A stretch of DNA of 64,000 nucleotides from an uncultured virus (IMG/VR IMGVR_UViG_3300035689_000001) (IMGVR_UViG_3300035689_000001); one strand, 5' to 3'. Numbered from the stretch's first letter, positions 28,605-38,162 are shown. The notes: generated by a model not told the origin, from the sequence alone. Numbers and translations: made by a program.

Positions 28605-29014
28605 TGTTAATTCAACCGCGCGAAATCTTAGATTTGATCGCTGAAGTTGGTCAACCGCTTCAGTTATGCGATCGATCCACTCTAGCGCCAGCACAGCCAG
28701 AATATGGGTTTCCTGCACAACAATCCTATTCCTGCCGCAAAGTTCAAGGCTATATCGTGCCGATCGTCCAAGGATTTCTCGCAGAGCAGTTGGCCAGCAT
28801 TACTCCACTTGAAACTGGAAAGTTAAATCAAGGAGATCTCGTGGCATACATCGCGGGAACAGATCTGGCCCCTGACTCCTTGACCGATCAAACTACCCTG
28901 GTAGTCGATCGATTGACTTATCAAGTGCAATACCTCCGCAGCATCTACCATCAGGGCAAAACTTTGCTCCACCTGTTACGCCTGACCCAAACCCAGGCTC
29001 AAACCCAAATTTGA
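28604..29014 (+). CDS. Putative head closure protein
   Basis: Size, beta-rich sequence and position after the adaptor. Confidence 0.5.
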   Translation: MLIQPREILDLIAEVGQPLQLCDRSTLAPAQPEYGFPAQQSYSCRKVQGYIVPIVQGFLAEQLASITPLETGKLNQGDLVAYIAGTDLAPDSLTDQTTLVVDRLTYQVQYLRSIYHQGKTLLHLLRLTQTQAQTQI

Positions 29015-29031
29015 GCGGATTCAGGAGAGAA

Positions 29032-29721
29032 ATGCGACTAACGATCATAAAACCAACTATTTTCAAAAAAAATTCAACACTGCCGTCGGATCGGGTTGCG
29101 GCAACCGATCAATTGTCAATTGCGGCTGGTCAATCGTTTGATGTGCTGGCGTACCGCGACGCTGGCAACAATCATTGGGCGATCACGTTTACGCAAAACC
29201 TCGGACCCAACAATTGGAATACTTGGTGTGTTTTCAAAGGTCACGCTACCCTGTCGGTTCCAGATGTTTCTCCGACTACTACGCCTCAAAAAATTTCTGG
29301 CGCTGGCCTTGACCTCATTAAACGATATGAAGGATTTCGAGAAAATGCATACCTGTGTCCCGCTGGCGTTTGGACTATTGGGTACGGCTCTACCCACGGG
29401 GTGCGCCCTGGCGATCGCATTGACGAGAATTCGGCAGAGGCTCGTCTCAGGGATGAAGTGCGGATGTATGAAAAAGCAGTTGCCCATGCACTAAAGGTTC
29501 CGGCAACCCAAAACCAGTTTGATGCGCTGGTTTCTTTGGCCTACAACATCGGTACATCTGCGATTGTCCGCAGTAGCGCTATCAAGCTCCATAACCAAAA
29601 GCAATTCGAGAAAGCTGCCGATGCAATATTGCTATGGAGATCCGCCAATGGCAAAGTTTTGCCAGGCTTGGTTCGCCGCCGCGAAGAAGAGCGATCACTT
29701 TATCTGAGGGAATCCCAGTGA
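29032..29721 (+). CDS. Endolysin, GH24 lysozyme, with an N-terminal putative cell-wall-binding domain
   Basis: LIKRYEGFRENAYLCPAGVWTIGYGST, QNQFDALVSLAYNIG, GLVRRREEE. Confidence 0.95.
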   Translation: MRLTIIKPTIFKKNSTLPSDRVAATDQLSIAAGQSFDVLAYRDAGNNHWAITFTQNLGPNNWNTWCVFKGHATLSVPDVSPTTTPQKISGAGLDLIKRYEGFRENAYLCPAGVWTIGYGSTHGVRPGDRIDENSAEARLRDEVRMYEKAVAHALKVPATQNQFDALVSLAYNIGTSAIVRSSAIKLHNQKQFEKAADAILLWRSANGKVLPGLVRRREEERSLYLRESQ

Positions 29722-30428
29722 CTACACTTAATGTTCGGCACAATACACTAGCCAAATTAAGGATCGATCAATCATCTGAACTGGCCGATCGAGAAAAGGT
29801 ATTTGTTCAAGCCGGTACTATTTTTCTGGTCTCATCTTGGGGCGTTGGCCCCAAGAATCATGTCCGGATCGCCCTCAAAAACAGATTTCTGGGTCCCGAT
29901 AATCGCAATACCTGGTGGTTTTATGGTCCCCACGTTGAACTACTGGGAACTTGGCCAGACAATAATCCAAACGATTTATCGACTCCAGTAGTACCATCGG
30001 GAAACCTTCTGGTTCTGCCTGACGGAACTCGGGTTGGAACGAACGATAAAATTATTCCGAACGGCAACTTTTCCTGGGGCGAGGCAACCAAAAACGGCAC
30101 CCGTAGACCCATCAACAATAACGTGGTTCGCCACATTATCCAGATCGCTACCGTGATGGAAAAAGTTCGCTCTATTCTGGGCGATCGTCCCATCAAGGTC
30201 AACTCGTGGTACAGACCTCCCAGCGTTAATCGCTCCGTTGGGGGAGCCAAGGACTCTCGCCACATGGTCGGCGATGCAGTCGATTTTACCGTCGAAGGAT
30301 TTTCACCATTCGAGGTACAAAAACGACTGGATCCATGGTGGGGCGATCAAGGTGGCCTCGCCAGCGCCAGCACCTTCACCCACATTGACGCACGCGGTGT
30401 TAAGGCTCGTTGGCGCTACGGCAGTTAG
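29718..30428 (+). CDS. Peptidase M15A (D-Ala-D-Ala carboxypeptidase-like) endolysin
   Basis: VNSWYRPP.VN..VGGA..SRHMVGDAVD and FTHIDARG; GTG start overlaps the lysozyme stop. Confidence 0.92.
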   Translation: MTTLNVRHNTLAKLRIDQSSELADREKVFVQAGTIFLVSSWGVGPKNHVRIALKNRFLGPDNRNTWWFYGPHVELLGTWPDNNPNDLSTPVVPSGNLLVLPDGTRVGTNDKIIPNGNFSWGEATKNGTRRPINNNVVRHIIQIATVMEKVRSILGDRPIKVNSWYRPPSVNRSVGGAKDSRHMVGDAVDFTVEGFSPFEVQKRLDPWWGDQGGLASASTFTHIDARGVKARWRYGS

Positions 30429-30477
30429 GTTTTTGCTACAATAGGAACACAAACACCTGATGACCTCTGCGAAAGTC

Positions 30478-30501
30478 AGCCCCGGCACGCCGGGGCTTTT
30501 T
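30478..30501 (+). terminator. Intrinsic terminator after the lysis genes
   Basis: AGCCCCGG-CACG-CCGGGGCT followed by a T run. Confidence 0.8.
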
Positions 30502-30539
30502 AATGTGGGTAACGTTACTCACATCAAAAAGTATTTTTG

Positions 30540-30585
30540 CTTTTCGATCAAAATTATTACTTTAATGATAATTTTGATCGAAAAG
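30540..30585. promoter_or_regulatory. Perfect 18-bp inverted repeat around a promoter-like AT-rich core
   Basis: CTTTTCGATCAAAATTAT-N10-ATAATTTTGATCGAAAAG just upstream of the RBS of 30598. Confidence 0.6.
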
Positions 30586-30597
30586 TAGAGGTGGTTT

Positions 30598-31047
30598 ATG
30601 TGGCGAATTTTGGTTTGGATCGTTGCGACACAATGGAAACGGCAGGTACTGCCCATCCAGCGATCGTTGCGGCGCTGGTGGGGGCGATGGGTATGGAGAA
30701 CCAGCTTGCAGGATCAACCGGAGCCAATTGATCGCCTGATAGTTGGGAGTGTTTTTAATTGCCTCGGCGCTACTACACGGCAATCCCTGGCACAATGTAG
30801 CCTCACCCTAACGCCAGGAATTGCGGCACAATATCCAGCATTGATTATTTTTTCGCAAGATCCAGAACTCTTTCAAATGCCGGAGGCGAATCGGCTACTG
30901 TGCGAGTTAGCGAACGCCTTTCGGGCGGCGCACTACTGCCATCAGGTGATAGTACATGGCCCAGGGCACAAAACCGAGATGCGGTATTTCCCGGATACCG
31001 GGATCTGGTCGATAAAGCAATCTTCTGGATTAGGACCAACATGTTGA
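30598..31047 (+). CDS. Hypothetical protein
   Basis: GAGGTGG RBS; stop overlaps the next start. Confidence 0.55.
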   Translation: MWRILVWIVATQWKRQVLPIQRSLRRWWGRWVWRTSLQDQPEPIDRLIVGSVFNCLGATTRQSLAQCSLTLTPGIAAQYPALIIFSQDPELFQMPEANRLLCELANAFRAAHYCHQVIVHGPGHKTEMRYFPDTGIWSIKQSSGLGPTC

Positions 31048-32165
31048 TCATTTCCAGCTTGCAGATCGCCAGTCAGTATGTTCAGGTTCCAGATGCGGAT
31101 AGTATCGTTCGGGATAATGGATTCTTGCGGTTGGCCGATGGTGTTGATACTGGATGGGTGCTGGCACCGGCGATTACCCCAACGATGGCGACTCAATACA
31201 TTGGGTTTGATCTGCGGCCTCATGAGTGGGGCATCAGCGTCGCGGTGCGTCGCCCTGGTGATTCGTATTATGGTTTTGTCCAAAATAGCTGGGTCGAGAC
31301 ATCGGGTCCGGTTTACTACGATGCCACCCAGATCAGAAGTAGCTTTGCACAATGGGCGGGGCCTATCCAGTTTCGGCTTCGCCTACAACGAGATGCGGAG
31401 TCAGGTGAATCACCTAAGCTTCAATGTCTGCGGGCTGGCTATCGGGTGGAGGGCAACTTTTTGGCATACCTGATGGAATACGTGGTGCGGCCATGGTGTA
31501 GAGCGCCAATCAGGATGATTCGGAATGTTCAGTCGCAAGACGGCATTTTTGTTAATCTACCAAGCCGACTCAACCACCTACAAATGTCCGACATCCAAGC
31601 GTTAACACCTGGTGTCGCTCCCCGTGGTGTCACGGTTCAGCCATCTCCACTGCGGCTACAGATCACTCCAGAGACTACTCCTGGGATGGTGCAGCTCCAG
31701 TTTGTATATACTCCTGAGGCTATTCATGTAACCGGAATCTATCAAATTTCAGAGGTGCCAATCGTTTTGATCCGATTGCTCCCAGGTGAAAATCATCGGC
31801 GCATTAACCAAAGCGATTGGGTGCAGTCTTCCCCTGGAGTCGCAACACTCTGGAGTACCACCTTTCAATACGATCAGCCAGTCGAATTTGAGGTACTGGC
31901 TCACGAGTTCGATGATGCTATGTCGATCGCCCAGTCCCTCGTGAGCCGAATCAACCACAGCGGATGCCTAGCGGTTCCGGCCTTCGGAACCGCTGTCTTT
32001 ATGCGGGTAAGGACTGGTGTCCAGATTGGTGAACCACTCCAGCGAGAGGGCAACCTCTTCAGCGTTAAGCTCCGGGCCACCATCATTGGGCTACTGGAGG
32101 GCGATCACGACACTACAGCCCCGCTCCTGACTGAATTCGAGCGGGATTTTGTACCGCAACAATAG
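31041..32165 (+). CDS. Hypothetical virion protein, possibly with a tail terminator-like C-terminal domain
   Basis: 374 aa from ATG 31041; VPIVLIRL...FEVLAHEFDDAMSIAQSL pattern. Confidence 0.55.
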   Translation: MLIISSLQIASQYVQVPDADSIVRDNGFLRLADGVDTGWVLAPAITPTMATQYIGFDLRPHEWGISVAVRRPGDSYYGFVQNSWVETSGPVYYDATQIRSSFAQWAGPIQFRLRLQRDAESGESPKLQCLRAGYRVEGNFLAYLMEYVVRPWCRAPIRMIRNVQSQDGIFVNLPSRLNHLQMSDIQALTPGVAPRGVTVQPSPLRLQITPETTPGMVQLQFVYTPEAIHVTGIYQISEVPIVLIRLLPGENHRRINQSDWVQSSPGVATLWSTTFQYDQPVEFEVLAHEFDDAMSIAQSLVSRINHSGCLAVPAFGTAVFMRVRTGVQIGEPLQREGNLFSVKLRATIIGLLEGDHDTTAPLLTEFERDFVPQQ

Positions 32166-32176
32166 TGAAAACCCAA

Positions 32177-32231
32177 CCAAAGCATTTCTGAAAATAATAT
32201 TTTAATGTTATTATTTTGAGAAATGCTTTGG
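32177..32231. promoter_or_regulatory. 23-bp inverted repeat (1 mismatch) directly upstream of dnaN
   Basis: CCAAAGCATTTCTGAAAATAATA-N9-TATTATTTTGAGAAATGCTTTGG. Confidence 0.6.
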
Positions 32232-32238
32232 AGGCACT

Positions 32239-33357
32239 ATGCAACTAACGGTTGCACAGAAAGTTTTATCAGAGGCGATCGCACTGGTTAGCCGTGCGGT
32301 GCCGAGTCGCCCCAGTCACCCGGTCCTCGCGAATGTTCTGTTTGTAGCGGAAGCGGAGGACAAAAACTTGACCCTCACGGCCTTTGATCTCTCAATCGGG
32401 ATCGCCCTGAAGGTTGAGGCAAGTGTTGAAGTTGCCGGAAGCGCCACATTCCCGGCCAAGCTGTTGAGCGATATCATCTCTCGCGCCCCTGAGGGAGAGC
32501 TACGGATTGAGGTTGAGGGCGAAACCGTGATGACCATCCTGGCGGGATCGAGCAAATATACGGTCCGGGGGATGGCCGCAGATGCGTATCCTGAGTTCCC
32601 CCTCTGCGAGGGTGGCGTAGAAATGCCCGTCGATGTTTTTCGCGATGGACTGAGAGGTGTTCTGTTTGCTGTCAGCAGCGACGAAACCAAGCAAGTCCTG
32701 ACCGGGGTTCACATCACGGTATCACCTGAGGAAGGCGAGTTTGCTGCAACTGACGGGCATCGTCTGGCGGTTGTACAATTCCTGACCCAGGAAGGGTCTA
32801 CTTTCCCTGAGTTTGACGTAACGGTCCCAGGGAAGGCGCTGAGGGAAGTGGAAAGGATGGTGTTGATCCACAGCGAGGCAACTGTGTCGGTCGCGCTCAA
32901 TGACTCCCTGATGGTCTTCAGGGGAAACAATTGGGTTGTTTCCTCTCGCCTGATCGAGGCGCAGTACCCCAATTACCCGCAGCTAATTCCCCGGCGGTTC
33001 ACCAGAACCGCAACCTGCGATCGCAAGTCCCTGATTGCTGCGCTGGAGCGGATCGCGGTATTGGCCGACCAGAAGAACAGCATCATCAGCATCTCGTTTG
33101 ACCCAAGCGAGATGCTGACCACTTTGTCGGCAGATGCTGCGGATGTAGGGAGTGGGCGAGAGCAGCTCGCCATGCAATTCAACGGGGAGGCGTTAGACAT
33201 CGCGTTTAACGTTCGATACCTACTGGAAGGGCTGAAGGCGATGCAGTCCAGTGAAGTTCAACTCAGCATGAATACCGCGACTTCCCCGGCGATCATCGTT
33301 CCACTGGGGAGCCAGAAGATGATCTACCTGTGTATGCCTGTTCAGATACGTAGTTGA
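32239..33357 (+). CDS. dnaN: DNA polymerase III beta subunit (sliding clamp), cyanobacterial type
   Basis: VSRAVPSRPSHPVLAN, DETKQVLTGVH, AATDGHRLA, IAFNVRYL, YLCMPVQIRS. Confidence 0.98.
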   Translation: MQLTVAQKVLSEAIALVSRAVPSRPSHPVLANVLFVAEAEDKNLTLTAFDLSIGIALKVEASVEVAGSATFPAKLLSDIISRAPEGELRIEVEGETVMTILAGSSKYTVRGMAADAYPEFPLCEGGVEMPVDVFRDGLRGVLFAVSSDETKQVLTGVHITVSPEEGEFAATDGHRLAVVQFLTQEGSTFPEFDVTVPGKALREVERMVLIHSEATVSVALNDSLMVFRGNNWVVSSRLIEAQYPNYPQLIPRRFTRTATCDRKSLIAALERIAVLADQKNSIISISFDPSEMLTTLSADAADVGSGREQLAMQFNGEALDIAFNVRYLLEGLKAMQSSEVQLSMNTATSPAIIVPLGSQKMIYLCMPVQIRS

Positions 33358-33366
33358 GGCTGAATT

Positions 33367-34356
33367 ATGTTTGAGCAAGAGGCGATTGCACTGCTACGCC
33401 GAATCGCTGAAAATCTGGAAGCTGCCCGCACAAAGCTGGGGTTCCAGGAATCAACTGTTGTCCCGGTATACGTCAACGCAACCAGGTGCTCAGGTTTCCT
33501 GTGGTACAGGGTTCTGGATGGCACCAACGTCGGGATTAAAGCTTCCGCATTCACTGGGTACGTCTCGCGCATCACCAAGGTAGTGGTGCAACGAATGGAA
33601 GAGGACGCAGACAAGCTGCATGTCTACATCGAGGGGGACGACTCCATACTGTATCGATTTGAATGCGGCTGGAAGAGTCAGACCGCCAAGTCAATCCTGT
33701 CGGCGATCGCAATCCTGTCGGTGGAACAGTTGAAGCTGCCGATTACGCTCCGCCCGGAGCTAGGGAAGAAACAAACCGTATTCATGCGGGTTTATTCCGG
33801 CGGGAAGCGGGCGTATGCTCCCTACGACAAAACAACAGACTTTGACCTCATCCTGGAGGAGTTTACCGAGAAGTTAACGGCTCTCGCTCCAGTCACCCCA
33901 GAGGAAGCTGAATCTATCCCGTCCTCCGATGGCGAGGATGGGGCTACGGCTCCTAAAGATGCGATCGCCCCTGCGGTGGAGTCTCAGCCACCTGGCATCA
34001 TCGATCGGATCAACCAGGCTCTCAAAAAAGCCAGCACACTGGATCAATTGATTCAGTTGGCGATCTGGTTCAACGCCCCTCGCCAGATGGAGCACCTCAA
34101 GGAAGTCCCTACTTCCCATGGCTACGTTGTTCAACAACTGAGCCAGCGGTGCGATTCTATCGTGTCCGACATATCGGATGTTTTGAGCCAGATCGATGTC
34201 GAGCTGGAGCGACTCCAATGGACTGCCGATACCGGGAGACAGCATCTGAAGGCGGTATACGGGAAGACATCCCGTCAGTTGCTCAACAGCGGGCAGCTAC
34301 TGGACTTCTTGGGGTACCTGAGGAATCAGAACCAGTCTTTATTGCCAAACTTATGA
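33367..34356 (+). CDS. Hypothetical phage protein
   Basis: 329-aa ORF; C-terminal ELERLQWT...GRQHL...YGKTSRQLL helical domain familiar from cyanobacterial phage proteins. Confidence 0.75.
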   Translation: MFEQEAIALLRRIAENLEAARTKLGFQESTVVPVYVNATRCSGFLWYRVLDGTNVGIKASAFTGYVSRITKVVVQRMEEDADKLHVYIEGDDSILYRFECGWKSQTAKSILSAIAILSVEQLKLPITLRPELGKKQTVFMRVYSGGKRAYAPYDKTTDFDLILEEFTEKLTALAPVTPEEAESIPSSDGEDGATAPKDAIAPAVESQPPGIIDRINQALKKASTLDQLIQLAIWFNAPRQMEHLKEVPTSHGYVVQQLSQRCDSIVSDISDVLSQIDVELERLQWTADTGRQHLKAVYGKTSRQLLNSGQLLDFLGYLRNQNQSLLPNL

Positions 34357-34577
34357 GGCTTGAACTCGATCGCTCCGACTTGCTGCCCCAGTACACAGGC
34401 GTCCTAACTCACGAGGTTGAGTTTCGACACTTCAACCCCCTGACCCAGAAAATCATCACTGCGGTGGGTCGTGCCACTTTCTACAACCGAAGCGGTGACC
34501 CACGACTCCTCAACATCATCTACCCACCTGCCCAATGTCCATCCTGTTCCACCCGGAAACCCGATCACTCTACCTGA
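34353..34577 (+). CDS. Hypothetical protein
   Basis: ATGA coupling to the upstream gene. Confidence 0.5.
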   Translation: MRLELDRSDLLPQYTGVLTHEVEFRHFNPLTQKIITAVGRATFYNRSGDPRLLNIIYPPAQCPSCSTRKPDHST

Positions 34578-34855
34578 CGCCAGCGGATTGCCCGTACCCG
34601 CGTCAGGAGTGTCGTGTGCCCGTGGTGCAAGACCTTCCTGGTGCCCTCGTGATCGTCGGAAAAACCGCGATCTCAGTGGTCTGTGTGCAGGGTGAACGTG
34701 GCCATGAGGTAGTGCTGAGCGGAGGCGTCAAGAGCATCGTGGTGTTGCTGCCGGATGAAGTATTGAAGGCGGCGATTGGGATTGAGCAGGCATTTGACGG
34801 GGCGATCGTCGAAGACCCGACAGGAAGCATTTGGAAAGCAATCGGAGGTAATTAG
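34535..34855 (+). CDS. Hypothetical protein
   Basis: 106-aa ORF within the operon. Confidence 0.55.
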   Translation: MSILFHPETRSLYLTPADCPYPRQECRVPVVQDLPGALVIVGKTAISVVCVQGERGHEVVLSGGVKSIVVLLPDEVLKAAIGIEQAFDGAIVEDPTGSIWKAIGGN

Positions 34856-35736
34856 TGCCATCAGCAATCCAATGGACGGACGAAACCGACAACCCGATTC
34901 ATCTTCGGCGGGAAGATGGCAGCAATGGCGGCCACTGGTGCAGCAAGGAATCCGAAGGCTGCGCCGGATGCTACGCCGAAGCCATTAACCAATCAGACTT
35001 TTTCGATTTCGCTTCTCACCTGCCCTACACAGGTGAGCCACCGGAAAACCTGATTTTTGACGATTCTATTGTGGAGCGTTGGTCGCGGGTGCGATCGCCC
35101 AAAAAGCGCTTCGTCTGTAGCATGACGGATCTGTTTGGCTGGTGGGTGCCGCGTGAATGGCAGTTCAAAGTGCTGGACGCTGCCGCTGCTGCCCCGACCC
35201 AGACGATCCAGCTCCTCACGAAGCACCCTCGCCTGATGGTTCTGGCGTTCACGGAGTATCTGGCCACCGGGCGGCAAATTCCGTCGAACGTTTGGGCAGG
35301 GGTGACGATTGAGAACCAGCGGGTAGCTCCTGAGCGATTCCGACGCATTAAGGAGTTGCACGAGATTGGGTGCATAACCTGGGTATCGTATGAGCCAGCC
35401 CTCGAATATGTCCATTTCGCCCCCTGGTTCCAGTACATCAACTGGATCGTGATGGGTGGGATGAGTGGCTCAGTCGCTGAACCATGCGACATCGATTGGT
35501 TCCGTAAGGTGATTGCTCATCGGGGTAATGCACTCGAACAAGGCCGGAACGCACCCTATTTGTTCGTCAAGCAGTTGGGGCGACATCCCTACGACGCTTC
35601 AAAAGATGTCCTGATTCTCAGGAATCGCCACGGTGGCAACATTGAAGAATTTCCGCCGGAGTTACAGGTTCGAGAATTTCCGTCGGAGTTACAGGTGGTG
35701 GATTATCGTCCCCAGGAGTCAAGTTTGGCTCCTTAG
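34855..35736 (+). CDS. DUF5131 / phage Gp37-Gp68 family protein
   Basis: IQWTD.T.NP, CSKESEGCAGCYAE, FVCSMTDLF, QLLTK, SYEP, WIVMGGMSG, FVKQLG. Confidence 0.93.
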   Translation: MPSAIQWTDETDNPIHLRREDGSNGGHWCSKESEGCAGCYAEAINQSDFFDFASHLPYTGEPPENLIFDDSIVERWSRVRSPKKRFVCSMTDLFGWWVPREWQFKVLDAAAAAPTQTIQLLTKHPRLMVLAFTEYLATGRQIPSNVWAGVTIENQRVAPERFRRIKELHEIGCITWVSYEPALEYVHFAPWFQYINWIVMGGMSGSVAEPCDIDWFRKVIAHRGNALEQGRNAPYLFVKQLGRHPYDASKDVLILRNRHGGNIEEFPPELQVREFPSELQVVDYRPQESSLAP

Positions 35737-35769
35737 CGATCGCTCTTTTGTTGTCTATTGGCAAAATAA

Positions 35770-36141
35770 ATGGTCAGTCAAATTTCGAAACAAACGCTAG
35801 AAAGCATCTACGCCTTCTTTGATGCCCCCCAACCGCGTTTCATGACGAAGGAGGAGGCTGTTGCCTTCACCTGTTGGTACATCAGGGAGCAAGATTCCTA
35901 CGGGACTGAACTGATGGCCTATGTTGATCAAAAACTTTCGGGATGGCGCTTGAGTGACACAATCCTGCATCAAGCACTGAAGTTCCTGGAGGAAGTTGGG
36001 CTGGTTGTTCGGTATCAGAAAGGCGTGGATGGTCGGGGCCGCCCGCGCAACATGGCCAAGATCGCGACGGATTTGTCCCCGGAGATGCGGGAGCACATTG
36101 ATAAGTTCGCGGAACTTTGGGTCAACTGTTCGCAAGGGTAG
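35770..36141 (+). CDS. pex: Pex-like PadR-family transcriptional regulator (circadian period extender homologue)
   Basis: IYAFFDAP.P, DSYGTEL, RLSDTIL..ALKFLE, GRGRPR.M and AELW match the cyanobacterial Pex signatures. Confidence 0.85.
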   Translation: MVSQISKQTLESIYAFFDAPQPRFMTKEEAVAFTCWYIREQDSYGTELMAYVDQKLSGWRLSDTILHQALKFLEEVGLVVRYQKGVDGRGRPRNMAKIATDLSPEMREHIDKFAELWVNCSQG

Positions 36142-36145
36142 AGAG

Positions 36146-36565
36146 ATGTCGCAACAACCCAATTATTTTGAACTGATCACTCAGTCTGCGATCGCTCAGT
36201 ACCCGCAACAATTAGAACAAGGGCAAGTGGAGGCGATCGGGACTGCCCTGACTTACGGAACAATTTTCAAGGATGCTGATGTTTGCCCGGTGGTTGACCA
36301 GGATGGTGATCCATTGGTGCGCGACACCATCTATCTGTACAACGGCCACCTGGGTGACCTGAAGGGTCAACGCATCCGAATCACCCGCTGGCAGTTCGGA
36401 TCGGGCAATTTACTCGATATCTGGTATTGGGTCTGGTTTCTTGCACCTGACCTGCAAGAGAAACGCATCACGATTGACGTTAAGTACGTCAATCGCAACC
36501 CGACCTATACGGCTCCGTTCGCTAAGCTGCCGCAGGTCAATCATCCCACCCCTGAAGCCCAATGA
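36146..36565 (+). CDS. Hypothetical protein
   Basis: ORF in a tightly packed operon. Confidence 0.6.
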   Translation: MSQQPNYFELITQSAIAQYPQQLEQGQVEAIGTALTYGTIFKDADVCPVVDQDGDPLVRDTIYLYNGHLGDLKGQRIRITRWQFGSGNLLDIWYWVWFLAPDLQEKRITIDVKYVNRNPTYTAPFAKLPQVNHPTPEAQ

Positions 36566-37446
36566 TCACCGCCGTTGCACCACCCAATACCCTTGGGGTA
36601 CCGCTCGAATCCTACACATTTGACCTGACGCATGTTCCGCCAGAACATGCGGAAGAGCCGCCAGTTGACGAAGGATGGCATCGATTTACTGATGAACAGC
36701 TTGCCCGCTGTTGGATGCGTCGGACTGATTTTTATGAGGATCGGAAGCATCGCATCCCCTACGATGTAATGGCTGAAGCCTTTACGCTGGATGAATTATC
36801 TCGACTGAAATGGAAGCGAGGAATCACTTGCGGAATCTCCGGGGAATGGGAAAAGGATGCAAGTCCTTACCGGGTTCTCATGAAGATTCGGCAATCTATG
36901 TATATCCATGATTACGACCTCCTGGACTATAACAAGTTTGTCGATTTATACCGGGGGATACGGTCGTTTCAGTTCCAGGATTTTGATGTGGGGCTGGATT
37001 GGGCCTACTCCGGCTATGGTTATTCGTGCGTGACCCGGACATACCTGGATGGATGCTTTGGCTTTCTGGTGGGTGATCGCGGCCAGCACGTCATGACGAT
37101 TGGGTTCTCCGGCAGCGCTGCCGGAATCCTGATCGCTCAGGTGCAACTCAAACAGCAGAAGGGTAACCGATGGCTCTACCGCCTGCCATGTCATTACCTT
37201 GACTACACAGTCAATCAAATTGCGGCGGCATTCCCCGGCCAGGATGTCTGGTTGGTCGATGGAGCCGATCTGGTCAATGCGATCAACAGGTCTTATCAGA
37301 GGGATCACCCTGGCTATGAAATGCCGCTAGAAACTCGTGAACGAATCGAACGGTTTTATAGCCATGAACTGCTGAACTTTCAACGGGGAAGCGATTACAA
37401 GACTGACCGCAGGATGAAATTTTGGAAGTTGGAGCCAAAGGGATGA
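36562..37446 (+). CDS. Hypothetical protein
   Basis: 294-aa ORF, ATGA-coupled at both ends. Confidence 0.75.
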   Translation: MITAVAPPNTLGVPLESYTFDLTHVPPEHAEEPPVDEGWHRFTDEQLARCWMRRTDFYEDRKHRIPYDVMAEAFTLDELSRLKWKRGITCGISGEWEKDASPYRVLMKIRQSMYIHDYDLLDYNKFVDLYRGIRSFQFQDFDVGLDWAYSGYGYSCVTRTYLDGCFGFLVGDRGQHVMTIGFSGSAAGILIAQVQLKQQKGNRWLYRLPCHYLDYTVNQIAAAFPGQDVWLVDGADLVNAINRSYQRDHPGYEMPLETRERIERFYSHELLNFQRGSDYKTDRRMKFWKLEPKG

Positions 37447-38162
37447 CCCAAGTTAGTGCAAAGCCATCAGAAAAAGCGCTCCAGCAGACACGGTTTGAAT
37501 GCGCCACCAAAGTTCTGGAGTGGAACAGTTGGGTGTATTGGCCAGATAGCCCGGATCTATCACGATTCATCCCAGAAGGCCAGGGCGCAGATGGATATTA
37601 TGCCTCCGTCCAGGTCATGCTGGAGGCGATCGCGGACTACAACGCTACCACCCCTGAACCGCTTCAAATCCCGGCCTATGTATGGTGTTGCCCGCCTGCT
37701 GGAGTCCAGCAGTTCGACGCCGAAGAGTTGATGATCCATGAATTTGAGTCCCTCTACGAAGGAGCCTGGAACCAAGTCCCGACAAAGGCAATTCTGAATC
37801 TTGATACAGCCCTACGGGAATTTTACAAGGCCACCCAGCATATCAATGTGCCGCGCGAAAGCTACCACTATGCCCTGCTGGTAGGGGTGTGTCCCGCTCA
37901 GGTGGAACGTTCCGAGCATTATCCCAAGGAGTGGGGCGATCGTGTCCCCAAAACCATCCGGATGCTCGAAACAGTTCAATCTGATATTCCGTTCATGTCG
38001 CGCAGCATGGCGATCATTGGGGAAGAGTATCCTGCCTGGACAAATTCTCACGGAGCCGTTTCGGCGGTGTTGCCAGGAGACGAACAGCTTGGGGTGAAGC
38101 CGGGAGAATTCGAAATTGTGGAGTGGTGGGAATCGGATGGGGTATCTCGGAGGTTTAGATGA
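37443..38162 (+). CDS. Hypothetical protein
   Basis: ATGA-coupled ORF. Confidence 0.7.
   Translation: MTQVSAKPSEKALQQTRFECATKVLEWNSWVYWPDSPDLSRFIPEGQGADGYYASVQVMLEAIADYNATTPEPLQIPAYVWCCPPAGVQQFDAEELMIHEFESLYEGAWNQVPTKAILNLDTALREFYKATQHINVPRESYHYALLVGVCPAQVERSEHYPKEWGDRVPKTIRMLETVQSDIPFMSRSMAIIGEEYPAWTNSHGAVSAVLPGDEQLGVKPGEFEIVEWWESDGVSRRFR

Noticed and set aside
30457..30478. Hammerhead ribozyme (CTGATGA...CGAAA)
   Set aside because: Stem II cannot form and no stem I/III or cleavage-site context is evident
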